DNA of 64,000 bases from NCBI GenBank assembly GCA_963796685.1, contig CAWCMR010000022.1, positions 1 through 64,000 of the forward strand, in the 5' to 3' direction. Each line of letters starts with the position of its first letter. Position 1 is the stretch's first letter. This DNA is from an uncultured delta proteobacterium. Lineage in GTDB: Bacteria > Myxococcota_A > Polyangia > Fen-1088. The notes beneath the pieces were generated by a model, which worked only from the letters and a program-made list of their open reading frames with translations, was not told where the DNA came from and did no database searches. Below, one piece after another: positions 19,901 through 28,730 of this stretch. Made by a program: the position numbers and the translations under genes.

Positions 19901-22900
19901 AACCGCCACGGCCGGCCAGACCGACTACGAGAGTCTGGGACGACTTTTTGCGCGATTTCTCGATGAAGGCATGGCGCTCTACAAAGGCGGGGAAGCCGCC
20001 GCGCCCGCGCCCACCGCACAGGCGGGCCCCATCGTCATCTCCGGCGTGGGACTGGGCCTGCCCGGCGAGAGCCGCCGTGTCTTCGACGACGGCAACATCG
20101 ACCGCATCTTGGCCGGCGAATCGTTCATCGAGCCGGTGCCGCAGAAGCTGCGCGAGCGCATGCTGGGCAAGAACATCGTGCGCCTGCACAAACGCGAGCT
20201 CGGCGAGCCGAGCCTCGAGCCCATCGCGTCTGCAGACGAAGTCATCCGACTGGCCGGGCGCAAGGGCACCTTCGATTTGAACCAGGAGTTCGGTGTCGCC
20301 AAGGAGCGCACGGAGGTTTTCGATACCACCTCTGCGCTCGCCATCGCGGCGGGCATCGAAGCTTTGCGCGACGCCGGCATTCCGCTCGTGCGCAATTACC
20401 GGCGCACCACCACAGGCAGTTACCTGCCCGACCGCTGGCGCTTGCCACTGGCCATGGCCGACGAGACCGGGGTGATCTTCTCGTCGGCCTTCCCCGGCTT
20501 CGACAACATGGCACGGGAAATCACGCGTTTCTACGAGGCGCGCGAGCAGAAGACCGAGTTCCAGTTCGACCGGCGCTTCATCTTCCAGGTGTTGTCCATG
20601 GGTCACGCCCAGTTTGCCGAGATGCTCGGCATTCGCGGTCCCAACACCCAGGTCAATTCGGCCTGCGCCTCCACCACCACGGCCATCGCCATCGCCGAGG
20701 ACTGGATTCGTCTCGGCCGTTGTCGGCGCGTGATCGTGATCGGCGCCGACGAGCTCACCTCGGACAACCTCATGGAGTGGATGGGCGCGGGATTCCTTGC
20801 CACTGGCGCCGCCACCACCGAGAACGTGGTCGAGCGCGCGGCCCTGCCGTTCGATCGCCGCCGCCACGGCATGCTCATGGGCATGGGCGCGTGCGCACTG
20901 GTCGTCGAATCCCAGGATGCCGTCGCCGAGCGCGGAATGCGCGGCATGGTCGAGGTGCTGGGCACCGAAATCGCGAACAGCGCTTTCCATGGCTCGCGTC
21001 TCGACGTGGCCCATATCGAAGCCGTCATGGAGAGATTCGTGTCGACGGTCGAGCGCAAGCACGGGCTCGAACGCCACGCCATGGCCAAGGAGCTGGCCTT
21101 CATCTCCCATGAGACCTATACGCCGGCGCGTGGCGGCAGCGCCGCGGCCGAGGTGTTCGCCCTGCGCAAGACCTTCGGCGCGTCGGCCAACGACCTGGTC
21201 GTGGCCAACACCAAGGGCTTCACCGGGCACCCGATGGGTGTCGGCATCGAGGACGCCATGGCGGTCAAGATTCTGGAAAAGCAGATCGTGCCGCCGGTGC
21301 CCAATTTCAAAGAGCCCGATCCCGAGCTCGGCACGCTCAATCTCTCCAAGGGCGGACACTATCCGGTGCGCTTTGCCTTGCGCCTGGCCGCCGGCTTTGG
21401 CTCGCAGATCGCCATGTCGCTCTTCCGGCGCGTTCAGGGAGTCGAACAGCGCGTGGCCGACCGGGCGACCTACCAGCGCTGGTTGTCGGAGGTCTCCGGC
21501 TACGACAACCCCAGCGTCGAGGTTCAACAGCGGACCCTGCGTATCAAGGACGAGGGGCAGCCGCGGCGCGAGCCGGCGCCGTCGCGCTGGTTGACGGGTA
21601 CGGGGCCACGCGCGGCGTTTGTGGCGGCTCCGGTGGCGGTGACGGTTCCCGTGGCGGTGCCGGCCACGGCCACGGCCACGACCACGACCACGGCCAAGGG
21701 CACGGGCACGGGCTCTGCCGTGGGCACGGTAAGCGGTGAGGCGATTCTCGACAAGGTTCTCGGCATCGTGGCCGAGAAGACGGGCTATCCGCGCGACATG
21801 CTGGATCCCGATCTGGATCTCGAGGCGGATCTCGGCATCGACACGGTCAAGCAGGCCGAGGTGTTCGCGATGGTGCGCGAGACGTTCAACATTCCTCGCC
21901 AGGACAACCTGAAGCTGCGCGACTACCCGACGCTTCGCCATGTGGTTGGCTATGTGGAACAGAGCACGGGGGCAGTGGCTTCGGTACCTGCGGGGACTTC
22001 GGCCCCCATTCCCACCGTGCCTACCCCCTCTTCTACACCTTCGACGACGGCTCCGGCTGCCGGAGCTGCCGCAGATTCCGTTCTCGACAAGGTTCTCGGC
22101 ATCGTGGCCGAGAAGACGGGCTATCCGCGCGACATGCTGGATCCCGATCTGGATCTCGAGGCGGATCTCGGCATCGACACGGTCAAGCAGGCCGAGGTGT
22201 TCGCGATGGTGCGCGAGACGTTCAACATTCCTCGCCAGGACAACCTGAAGCTGCGCGACTACCCGACGCTTCGTCATGTGGTTGGCTACGTCGAGCAGAG
22301 CAGAGGCGCGGTGCCGGCTGCGGCCACGGTTTCGGAGCCGGCCACGGTTCCTGCCACCGCCACCGCCCCAGCCCCCGTGGCCGCCAGTGCCCCAGTCACC
22401 GCCACTATCCCGGCAAGCGGCATCGTCGCGAAGGTGCTGGCCATCGTGGCCGAAAAGACCGGCTACCCCAGCGATATGCTGGAGCTCGATCTCGATCTCG
22501 AGGCTGACCTCGGCATCGATACGGTCAAGCAGGCCGAGGTGTTCGCGATGGTGCGCGAAACGTTCAATATTCCTCGCCAGGACAACCTGAAGCTGCGCGA
22601 CTATCCGACGCTTCGTCACGTGATCGGTTACGTCGAGCAGAGCCAGGGCGGCACCACGGTCGCAACCGTGCCGGCTGCTTTGGTGGAAGTCGCGGTGCCG
22701 CCCGTCGCGCAGGCGACGGTTGCCCCATCCGCGGTGACGGTGGAACCAACGACTGCCCCCATCGCGGCCACTCCCATTGTTCCGCCGGCCGAGGCCGCGC
22801 CCCCGGCACCAGTGACCTCGGACAGCGATCCGATCGTCGCGAAGGTGCTCGCCATGGTGGCGGCCAAGACCGGCTATCCCAGCGATATGCTGGAGCTGGA

Positions 22901-25727
22901 TTTGGATCTGGAGGCCGACCTCGGCGTGGACACGGTCAAGCAGGCGGAGGTCTTCGCCATGGTGCGCGAGGAGTTCAACATCCCACGCAAGGACGACCTG
23001 AAGCTGCGCGACTATCCGACGCTTCGTCACGTGATCGGGTTCGTCAAGCAGAGCCTCGGTGCTCCGGATGCGGCGCCTGCGCCGGCCGTCGAAACCGTGC
23101 CGGATGCTGTGCCCGCGCCAGCGCGCGCCGCGGAGCCTTCGCCTGCACCGACGGCCGCCCCGCCCCCCGTGGCGATGGCCCCAGCCATCGTGGTGTCGGA
23201 AGCAAATCCGTTCGAAAGCGGTGTGCTTCGCCGTCCCGTGGTGACCCTGCGCCCGCCGCTCGCCGCCTGCAAGCACACGTCGGTGCGCCTGGAGAAAGGC
23301 AGCCGCGTGGTCGTGGTCACGGATCGCGACGGAGCCGGCCGTCTGCTTTGCGACGAGCTCGAACGTCGCGGGGTTCAGGTCCTGCGCATCGATGCTCGGC
23401 CCGAGCGCGGTGAAATCGAGAATGCCCTGCGCGAGTGGGCCGCCGCGGGTTCGACCACGGGCCTGTATTTTCTCGCCCCGCTCGACGCTTGCCCCTCGTT
23501 GCACGAGATGGATCTGGTCGAGTTCCGCAAACAGTACTGCGATCGTGTGCTGCTTCTGCACGGGGCCGTGCGCGGGCTCTACGATGCGCTCGCCAACCCT
23601 GGCACCTTCCTCATCACGGCAACCCGCATGGGCGGCCACCACGGCTACGGCCAAGGAGGCGCGCGCAATCCCATCGGCGGCGCCGTCGTCGGATTCACCA
23701 AGGCCACGAAACGCGAGCGGCCCGAGGCCCTGGTCAAGGCCGTGGACTTCCCCGAGGACATGCCGAGTGAAGTGGTGGTGCGCGCTCTGCTGGACGAGAC
23801 CGAGCGCGATCCGGGCGCCATCGAGATCGGGTACCAAGGTAACCTGCGCGTGACCGTGGGCGTGCAGCTCTTCACGGCCCCGCCCAGCGACGCCAAGACG
23901 CCCGTCTCCATGAATGCGAACGCCGTGTTCGCGGTCACCGGTGGCGCCGGCGCCATCACCGTGGCCATCGTGCGCGACCTGGCGGCCGCTTCGCGCGGCA
24001 CCTTCTACCTGCTCGATGCGCGCCAGATGCCGCCCGAGAGCGAGCGTCCCTTGCTCGAAAAGGTCATCAAGGATCGCGAGGGCGCCAAGCGCGAGGTGTT
24101 CGAGCGCCTGAAGGCCGAGAAGGGCCGCGCCACCCCGGCGCAGGTCGAGGAGAAGCTCTTCGATCTCGAACGGCAAGCCGGCATCCTCGAAGCCCTGCGT
24201 TCGGTGGAAGAGGCGGGAGGTCGCGCCTTCTACCGCCAGGTCGACGTGCTCGACGGCCACGCGGTCAAGGCCGTGGTGGAGAACATCCGCCAGCAAAGCG
24301 GCAAGCTCGACGTGGTTCTCCACGCCGCGGGCCTCGAACGCAGCCGCTCGCTCGACCGCAAGCCGGTCGAGGAATTCGATCTGGTCTTCCGCGTGAAGGC
24401 CGACGGGCTTTTCAATCTGATGGTGGCCACGCGCGACCTCGACGTCAAGGCCATGGTGGTCTTTTCCTCGGTGGCGGGGCGCTTCGGCAACGCGGGTCAG
24501 GCCGATTACAGCGCGGGCAACGACTTCATGTGCAAGGCAGTCTCGTGGTGGGCGGCGTCGCGGCCGAGCTCGCTCGGCATCGCCCTCGATTGGACCGCGT
24601 GGGGCGGCATCGGCATGGCCACGCGCGGAAGCATCCCCGAGATCATGAAGCGCGCCGGGATCGATATGCTCGATCCGGCCGAGGGCTTGCCCGTCATTCG
24701 CAACGCGCTTCTCGCCGGCTACTCGGGCGAGGCGGTGGTGGGCCGTCGTCTCGGCATCCTGGTCACGCCTCTCGACGCGGACGGGGGGCTCGAAGTCGAC
24801 GGCAGCCTGCAGGCTCGCGCCAAGGACAAATCGCTGCCCTTGCCTTTCGCGCAAGTCAGCCACCATCTGCACGAGGGTCTGGTGGCCGAGATGCGGCTCG
24901 ATCCCAAGGTCGAGCCCTTCCTCCACGATCACGCCATCGACGGCATTCCCGTCCTGCCCGGCGTGATGGGCATCGAGACCTTCGCCGAGGCGGCCTGGTT
25001 GCTCGTGCCCAGCCATCACGTCGTGGGCCTGGAGAACCTGCGCTTCCTCGCGCCCATGAAGTACTACCGCAACGAGCCGCGGGCAGCCATCGTGCGGGCG
25101 CGGGCGGTGCTGGGCGAGCCCGGCCTCGTGCGCGTCCACACCACGCTGTCGTCGGTGCAGACCATCGTGGGACGCGAACCCGAAGAGAAGTTGCACTTCT
25201 CGGGCGTGGTCGTGCTGGCGCCGACGGCGCTGGAAACGCAGCACGTGCAGGCCTTCAATCGTACCCAACCCGAAATCGGGCGCGAGGCCATCTACCGCGT
25301 GTACTTCCACGGCCCCGCCTACCGCGTGCTCGATCGGGTCGAGAGCGCGGGCCAGAACCAGGTCATCGGTTGCATGACCGCGAATCTGCCCCTCGATACC
25401 ACCAACCCCACCCACGCCAGCCTGGTGGGACCGCGTCTCATCGAGCTGTGCTTCCAGACCGCAGGCGTGTGGGAGATCGGCAAGACCGGGCAGCTTGCCC
25501 TGCCGGCCGCGGTCGATCGGGTGATCGTGCGCGATCCCTCGGCGGGCAGCGGTCCGCTGGTTGCCGAAGTGACCGCCCACCCGAGCGCCGACGGACTCTC
25601 GTTCAGCGCCCGCGTGCGCGACGGCGAAGGCAAGGTTCACGTCGAGCTCGTCGGGTATCGCACCTCGCGCATGCCGAATACGCTGCCCGAAGACGAAGCG
25701 GGCCCGTTCCGCAACGTGGTCGTCTGA
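16956..25727 (+). CDS. Iterative type I PKS / PfaA-like lipid synthase, KS-AT-KS-ACPx4-KR-DH (2,923 aa)
   Basis: KS1 DAACAS/EGHGT/QIGHLK; AT FPGQG, GHSLG, HAFHS; KS2 NSACAS/SHETYT/FTGHPMG; four LEADLG(I/V)DTVKQ ACPs; KR TGGAGAI..YSAGN; DH HAIDGIPVLPG..HGPAY..ELCFQ. RBS GGAGGAG. Confidence 0.93.
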   Translation: MSSSTRDPADRAVAVVGLGAILPDAPDAQHFWQNVVAGRSSITDVTPERWNASDYWDPDPKAPGKTYSKVGGWVRGITFESTKLKIPPRVASAMDEGQKWALLCAGEALRDAGHPDRPLDSDSTAVIIGNAMGGERHYETVLRLSFPEYARALYETAAFKGLPASAREAILAEFAGEIARRLPDTTEDTMPGELTNIVAGRVAAVYNLRGPNFTTDAACASALAGVQAAVDSLVDHHYNVALTGGMDRNMGATTFVKFSKIGALSPDGSRPYSAGANGFVMGEGGAFFICKRLEDAEKAGDKIYAVIRGVGGASDGKGKGITAPNPIGQRVAIQRAWKRAGLDPATMTLLEGHGTSTRVGDVSEMESAASVLMEGTPIKHKIALGSVKSQIGHLKSAAGAAGLLKAVLACHHKILPPSINCDVLSPAIPFDKIPFEVNTKARPWERPSFAPRRCGVSAFGFGGTNFHVVVEEYVPGLLTRRPTMVQVPSASTASSPAGGAQVAGARQGTDDRPTMLGFMLALSGTDPGALRAQAIQAMADAKAGKVPDRTPPGAQFLAAPARLVIAFDEAGDLVKKCELTIEALDKNDVRKWRVLQTKGIHLGRGPAGKVAFLFPGQGSQYVNMLADVPDPIVRETFAEADRTMEPILGRPLTSYVYRNANDAAAMEDAEEALKDTTICQPAMVATDIAIMRMLGKHGVFPDMVMGHSLGEWAAAVGARMLNFSEALVAVSARARAMASVSIGDKGKMASVLGPTDEIVRRLPEIGGYLTPANMNSKKQTVIAGASDAVDRAVDYFNNLGMTAQIIPVSHAFHSKVVAPAADALYRTICEMQIAPPSIPLIGNIDGQLYPTDNMETIKRRLADQMASSVQFVKGIETCYGEGARIFLEVGPKRALQALAESDLADKQDVLCLSTNHPKRGGVRSFHDAMCGLYAAGIPRPEQLSRLPELRAAAEGTKSAVPSENPTSANGAPIVMSTDRTRPTATAGQTDYESLGRLFARFLDEGMALYKGGEAAAPAPTAQAGPIVISGVGLGLPGESRRVFDDGNIDRILAGESFIEPVPQKLRERMLGKNIVRLHKRELGEPSLEPIASADEVIRLAGRKGTFDLNQEFGVAKERTEVFDTTSALAIAAGIEALRDAGIPLVRNYRRTTTGSYLPDRWRLPLAMADETGVIFSSAFPGFDNMAREITRFYEAREQKTEFQFDRRFIFQVLSMGHAQFAEMLGIRGPNTQVNSACASTTTAIAIAEDWIRLGRCRRVIVIGADELTSDNLMEWMGAGFLATGAATTENVVERAALPFDRRRHGMLMGMGACALVVESQDAVAERGMRGMVEVLGTEIANSAFHGSRLDVAHIEAVMERFVSTVERKHGLERHAMAKELAFISHETYTPARGGSAAAEVFALRKTFGASANDLVVANTKGFTGHPMGVGIEDAMAVKILEKQIVPPVPNFKEPDPELGTLNLSKGGHYPVRFALRLAAGFGSQIAMSLFRRVQGVEQRVADRATYQRWLSEVSGYDNPSVEVQQRTLRIKDEGQPRREPAPSRWLTGTGPRAAFVAAPVAVTVPVAVPATATATTTTTAKGTGTGSAVGTVSGEAILDKVLGIVAEKTGYPRDMLDPDLDLEADLGIDTVKQAEVFAMVRETFNIPRQDNLKLRDYPTLRHVVGYVEQSTGAVASVPAGTSAPIPTVPTPSSTPSTTAPAAGAAADSVLDKVLGIVAEKTGYPRDMLDPDLDLEADLGIDTVKQAEVFAMVRETFNIPRQDNLKLRDYPTLRHVVGYVEQSRGAVPAAATVSEPATVPATATAPAPVAASAPVTATIPASGIVAKVLAIVAEKTGYPSDMLELDLDLEADLGIDTVKQAEVFAMVRETFNIPRQDNLKLRDYPTLRHVIGYVEQSQGGTTVATVPAALVEVAVPPVAQATVAPSAVTVEPTTAPIAATPIVPPAEAAPPAPVTSDSDPIVAKVLAMVAAKTGYPSDMLELDLDLEADLGVDTVKQAEVFAMVREEFNIPRKDDLKLRDYPTLRHVIGFVKQSLGAPDAAPAPAVETVPDAVPAPARAAEPSPAPTAAPPPVAMAPAIVVSEANPFESGVLRRPVVTLRPPLAACKHTSVRLEKGSRVVVVTDRDGAGRLLCDELERRGVQVLRIDARPERGEIENALREWAAAGSTTGLYFLAPLDACPSLHEMDLVEFRKQYCDRVLLLHGAVRGLYDALANPGTFLITATRMGGHHGYGQGGARNPIGGAVVGFTKATKRERPEALVKAVDFPEDMPSEVVVRALLDETERDPGAIEIGYQGNLRVTVGVQLFTAPPSDAKTPVSMNANAVFAVTGGAGAITVAIVRDLAAASRGTFYLLDARQMPPESERPLLEKVIKDREGAKREVFERLKAEKGRATPAQVEEKLFDLERQAGILEALRSVEEAGGRAFYRQVDVLDGHAVKAVVENIRQQSGKLDVVLHAAGLERSRSLDRKPVEEFDLVFRVKADGLFNLMVATRDLDVKAMVVFSSVAGRFGNAGQADYSAGNDFMCKAVSWWAASRPSSLGIALDWTAWGGIGMATRGSIPEIMKRAGIDMLDPAEGLPVIRNALLAGYSGEAVVGRRLGILVTPLDADGGLEVDGSLQARAKDKSLPLPFAQVSHHLHEGLVAEMRLDPKVEPFLHDHAIDGIPVLPGVMGIETFAEAAWLLVPSHHVVGLENLRFLAPMKYYRNEPRAAIVRARAVLGEPGLVRVHTTLSSVQTIVGREPEEKLHFSGVVVLAPTALETQHVQAFNRTQPEIGREAIYRVYFHGPAYRVLDRVESAGQNQVIGCMTANLPLDTTNPTHASLVGPRLIELCFQTAGVWEIGKTGQLALPAAVDRVIVRDPSAGSGPLVAEVTAHPSADGLSFSARVRDGEGKVHVELVGYRTSRMPNTLPEDEAGPFRNVVV
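21745..23050 (+). repeat. Four tandem ACP-coding repeats separated by Ala/Pro/Thr/Val linkers
   Basis: 21745-21937 is identical to 22081-22273 (193 bp); copies 3 and 4 (~22425, ~22835) are more diverged. Confidence 0.9.
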
Positions 25728-26425
25728 TGTTCCGCTACCGTCTGGTCCATGCCGGCGAGTTTCCGTCGCTTGTGCAAGGCCAGGCGTGGCCGGATCTGCT
25801 CAGCCCGCGCGAGGAGAAGATGCTCGCCCGGCTCGGCCACGCGCCGAGAAGGCGCAAGTGGCTGCTGGGCCGGACCGCGGCCAAGCGTCTCGTGCGCGAT
25901 ATGCTGGGCGAGGAGCAGGTGCCGGAGAAGGAAATCAGCGTCCTCAACCAACCCTCGGGTGAGCCCTTCGTGCTCCTCGAAGGCAAGGGTGGCTGGGAAT
26001 ATCCCATCTCGATTTCGCATCGGAGCGAGGTCGGCATGGCCGCCGCACCGCTGGAGCGAACTGCGCGCATCGGTGCCGACGTGGAGACCGTGGAACCGCG
26101 CGATCCCGCGTTGGTGAGACAGTTCTACACCGAGGGTGAAGCCCAAGTCGTCGAGGCCGCGGGCCGCGATCGCGACGAGAGCGTGGCCCGCATCTGGAGC
26201 GCCAAGGAGGCGGTCTTGAAGCTCCTCGGCCTCGGCTTGCGCCTCGATACGCGCGGCGTGCTGGTGAACCTGGCCGGCGAGGCATTTGCCGGATGTCCCG
26301 AGGGCTGGCAGCCCGTCGGCGTGCGTGTGGTCGCCGAGCTGCCACGCCAGAGCATGCTCGACAACTTGCGGGTGGTGTGGCGGCGCGAGGCGGGCCACGT
26401 GCTGACAGTGGCGGTGGCTGGGTAG
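25727..26425 (+). CDS. Sfp-type 4'-phosphopantetheinyl transferase
   Basis: TGATG overlap with the PKS stop; RRRKWLLGR, ISISH, IGADVE, WSAKEAVLK motifs. Confidence 0.9.
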   Translation: MFRYRLVHAGEFPSLVQGQAWPDLLSPREEKMLARLGHAPRRRKWLLGRTAAKRLVRDMLGEEQVPEKEISVLNQPSGEPFVLLEGKGGWEYPISISHRSEVGMAAAPLERTARIGADVETVEPRDPALVRQFYTEGEAQVVEAAGRDRDESVARIWSAKEAVLKLLGLGLRLDTRGVLVNLAGEAFAGCPEGWQPVGVRVVAELPRQSMLDNLRVVWRREAGHVLTVAVAG

Positions 26426-26455
26426 GTAGGCTCGCTGTCACCCCGGCTTCGCGCG

Positions 26456-27796
26456 CTACCGCGCGAAGAGATCCTCGTAGCGCCCCGGTTTGCCCTGGGT
26501 CCACGGATGGTAGCTGTTGATGAAGTCCACGCGCTCGCCGATGGGCGGATGGCTGGCTCGGAAGAGCTTGTAAAGCAGGCCAGGGCGGGGCACGGTCAGG
26601 TTCTGCTGCTGGAGGGCCACGAAGGCGGTGGCGGCGGCGCGGTTGTCGTGGGTGAGCTCGAGACCGAAGCGGTCGGCCTCGTGCTCGTGGTAGCGCGAGA
26701 AAGCCAGCGCAGCGGGCGTGATGACCAGCGAGAACAAGGTCAAGAGCAACATGAGCAGGGGCAGCGAAGCGACGTCCGAGAGCTGATGCAAGCCCATGCG
26801 GCCACCGAAGTGGCCGAGGACGAAGCCGGACAATCGATGGGCACCGAACAGGCCGACGAAGGTGAGCACCGTCGATAGAATCACGCTGGTCCATACGTGG
26901 CCGAGCACGTAGTGGCCGAGCTCGTGGGCGACCACGTAGCGGACCTGTGCCGGCGACAGTCGGGCGATGAGCGTATCCCACAGCACGATGCGTTTGCTGC
27001 CGCCCACGCCGGTGACGTAGGCGTTGACCTTGGCGGTGTCGACGCTCTTGTCGACCTCGAACACGCGTGCGCCTTCGACCCCTGCGCGTCTGGCCTCGGC
27101 CAGTACCTCGGATTCGAGCACCTTGTCTTTCATGGGCCCGAACTTGTTGAAGAGCGGCGCGATCCACAGCGGCGTGACGACGAGGGTAAGGATGTAGAAG
27201 GGCAGGGCCAGAGCGCTGGTCCACAGCCACCAATGCTGGGGGCTCTTGGCCAGCAGGAGATAGGGTACCCACAGCACGAGCACGCCGACGAGCAGGCCGA
27301 TGCCGAGACCTTTGGCCTGATCGCTGGCCCACTTGGAAAAGCGCTGGGTGGAAAGGCCGTAGGCGTGCTCGCGCGCAAAGCCGACGTAGAACGACAGCGG
27401 CAGCTCGACGACGAAGAGCAGCACCGACAACAGCACCAGGTAGATGGCCAAGGTCGGATAGAAACGGCCACCCGTGACCTGGTTGGCCAAGGTGCGCAGC
27501 CGGGCCGAGAGCCCGGTGAAGAGCAGGAGCAAGGGAAGGGCGATCGATAACCCTTGCTCGACGGCCCAGAGGATATTGTTGCCGCGGTGATAACGCAGGG
27601 CCTTTTCCGACGGGGCGGGCACCTCGACGGGGGCGTCGCTTGCCGCGGTGCTGGCCTCGACCTTGTGGACGACGGGTGGCGGCGAGGGGGCGGCAACTGC
27701 GGGCTGGTCGTCGGGAAGCACGGCCTTCCCGGCGGCGAAGCTCCATAGACCCGTGATGGCCGCAAGGCCGAGCGCGGTCCCGAGCATGGTGGGCAT
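26456..27796 (-). CDS. M48 family (Ste24-like) membrane zinc metallopeptidase
   Basis: Multiple TM helices, NAYVTG, VAHELGH, SRYHEHEADRFG, SHPPIGERV. Confidence 0.9.
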   Translation of the reverse strand: MPTMLGTALGLAAITGLWSFAAGKAVLPDDQPAVAAPSPPPVVHKVEASTAASDAPVEVPAPSEKALRYHRGNNILWAVEQGLSIALPLLLLFTGLSARLRTLANQVTGGRFYPTLAIYLVLLSVLLFVVELPLSFYVGFAREHAYGLSTQRFSKWASDQAKGLGIGLLVGVLVLWVPYLLLAKSPQHWWLWTSALALPFYILTLVVTPLWIAPLFNKFGPMKDKVLESEVLAEARRAGVEGARVFEVDKSVDTAKVNAYVTGVGGSKRIVLWDTLIARLSPAQVRYVVAHELGHYVLGHVWTSVILSTVLTFVGLFGAHRLSGFVLGHFGGRMGLHQLSDVASLPLLMLLLTLFSLVITPAALAFSRYHEHEADRFGLELTHDNRAAATAFVALQQQNLTVPRPGLLYKLFRASHPPIGERVDFINSYHPWTQGKPGRYEDLFAR

Positions 27797-27881
27797 GGGG
27801 AGACTATAGCGCACGGGATGGGCACCCGACCGGACGCGGAAATCGGACCCGACCCATGTTGAAGGTTGCCCACGATCTGCC

Positions 27882-28670
27882 ATGTTTGCAGGTGTGGCTC
27901 GCCTCCTTCATGCCAGCACCGAAGATCCGCGCCCTTGTTCGTATCTGCCGGACATCGCGGCCTCGCTCGAGCACCGGGTGATGTTGGACGTTTCGCCCGA
28001 GGAGGTGGACGAGCTCTTGCGCCGCGGATGGCGTCACTTCGGCCCGGGTTGGTTCCGCCCGGCCTGCGGCGGATGCCAGGCATGCCTCTCCACGCGCATC
28101 GTGGTGGACGCTTTTTCTCCGAGTCGCAGCCAGCGCCGCGTACAGCGTCTGGCCAGCCGGTTGCGCCCCCGGATTGGCAAGCCCATCATCGACGAGGCGC
28201 GCTTGGATCTGTTCCACGCCTGGCAGCACGACCGCGTGCAAGCGCGCGGCTGGGAAATGTCGGACCTTTCCGTGCAGGACTACTTCATGCGCTTCGCGTT
28301 CCCGGCGCGATTTGCGCTGGAAGTCGCCTATTACGACCAAGCTGCCGACGACCGCCTGGTCATGATTTCGATTTGCGACAAGACACCGCAGGCGTGGAGC
28401 GCCATCTTCTGCTTCTACGATCCGGCCTACGCGCGTATCTCGCCTGGGATCGCCAACATTCTCAGCCTCGTCGAGCTTGCACGCGCCACGTCGCGACCCT
28501 ACGTCTACCTTGGCTATTGCGTCTTGGCCTGCCAGTCGCTGCGCTACAAGGCCGCCTTTCACCCCCAGGAGCTTCTGATTGGATTGCCCGGCGACGACGA
28601 AACGCCGCGTTGGGAGCGCATCGCGCCGCCGGCCGGACCTGCCTCGCGATTCGAGCCGCGTGGTGGCTGA
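27882..28670 (+). CDS. ate: Ate/Bpt-type aminoacyl-tRNA-protein transferase (N-degron pathway)
   Basis: PCSYLP, GWRHFG..FRPACGGCQAC, FYDP, YVYLGY, YKAAF.PQE motifs. Confidence 0.88.
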   Translation: MFAGVARLLHASTEDPRPCSYLPDIAASLEHRVMLDVSPEEVDELLRRGWRHFGPGWFRPACGGCQACLSTRIVVDAFSPSRSQRRVQRLASRLRPRIGKPIIDEARLDLFHAWQHDRVQARGWEMSDLSVQDYFMRFAFPARFALEVAYYDQAADDRLVMISICDKTPQAWSAIFCFYDPAYARISPGIANILSLVELARATSRPYVYLGYCVLACQSLRYKAAFHPQELLIGLPGDDETPRWERIAPPAGPASRFEPRGG

Positions 28671-28730
28671 AGGGTGCTTCGCCGTGGAAGCGTCTACGTT
28701 TCACGAATCCGGTCTGATACCTTTCCTTCC

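Noticed and set aside
19854-25640. 1,928-aa minus-strand ORF, and similar long antisense ORFs (1037..2986, 3059..5437, 5964..9440, 16791..19076)
   Set aside because: They mirror well-supported plus-strand genes, have no motifs, and are expected shadows of high-GC codon usage.
16956-25727. Calling the synthase pfaA / a PUFA synthase
   Set aside because: It has an extra internal KS and Thr-type ACPs, and no pfaB/C/D; the product cannot be assigned.
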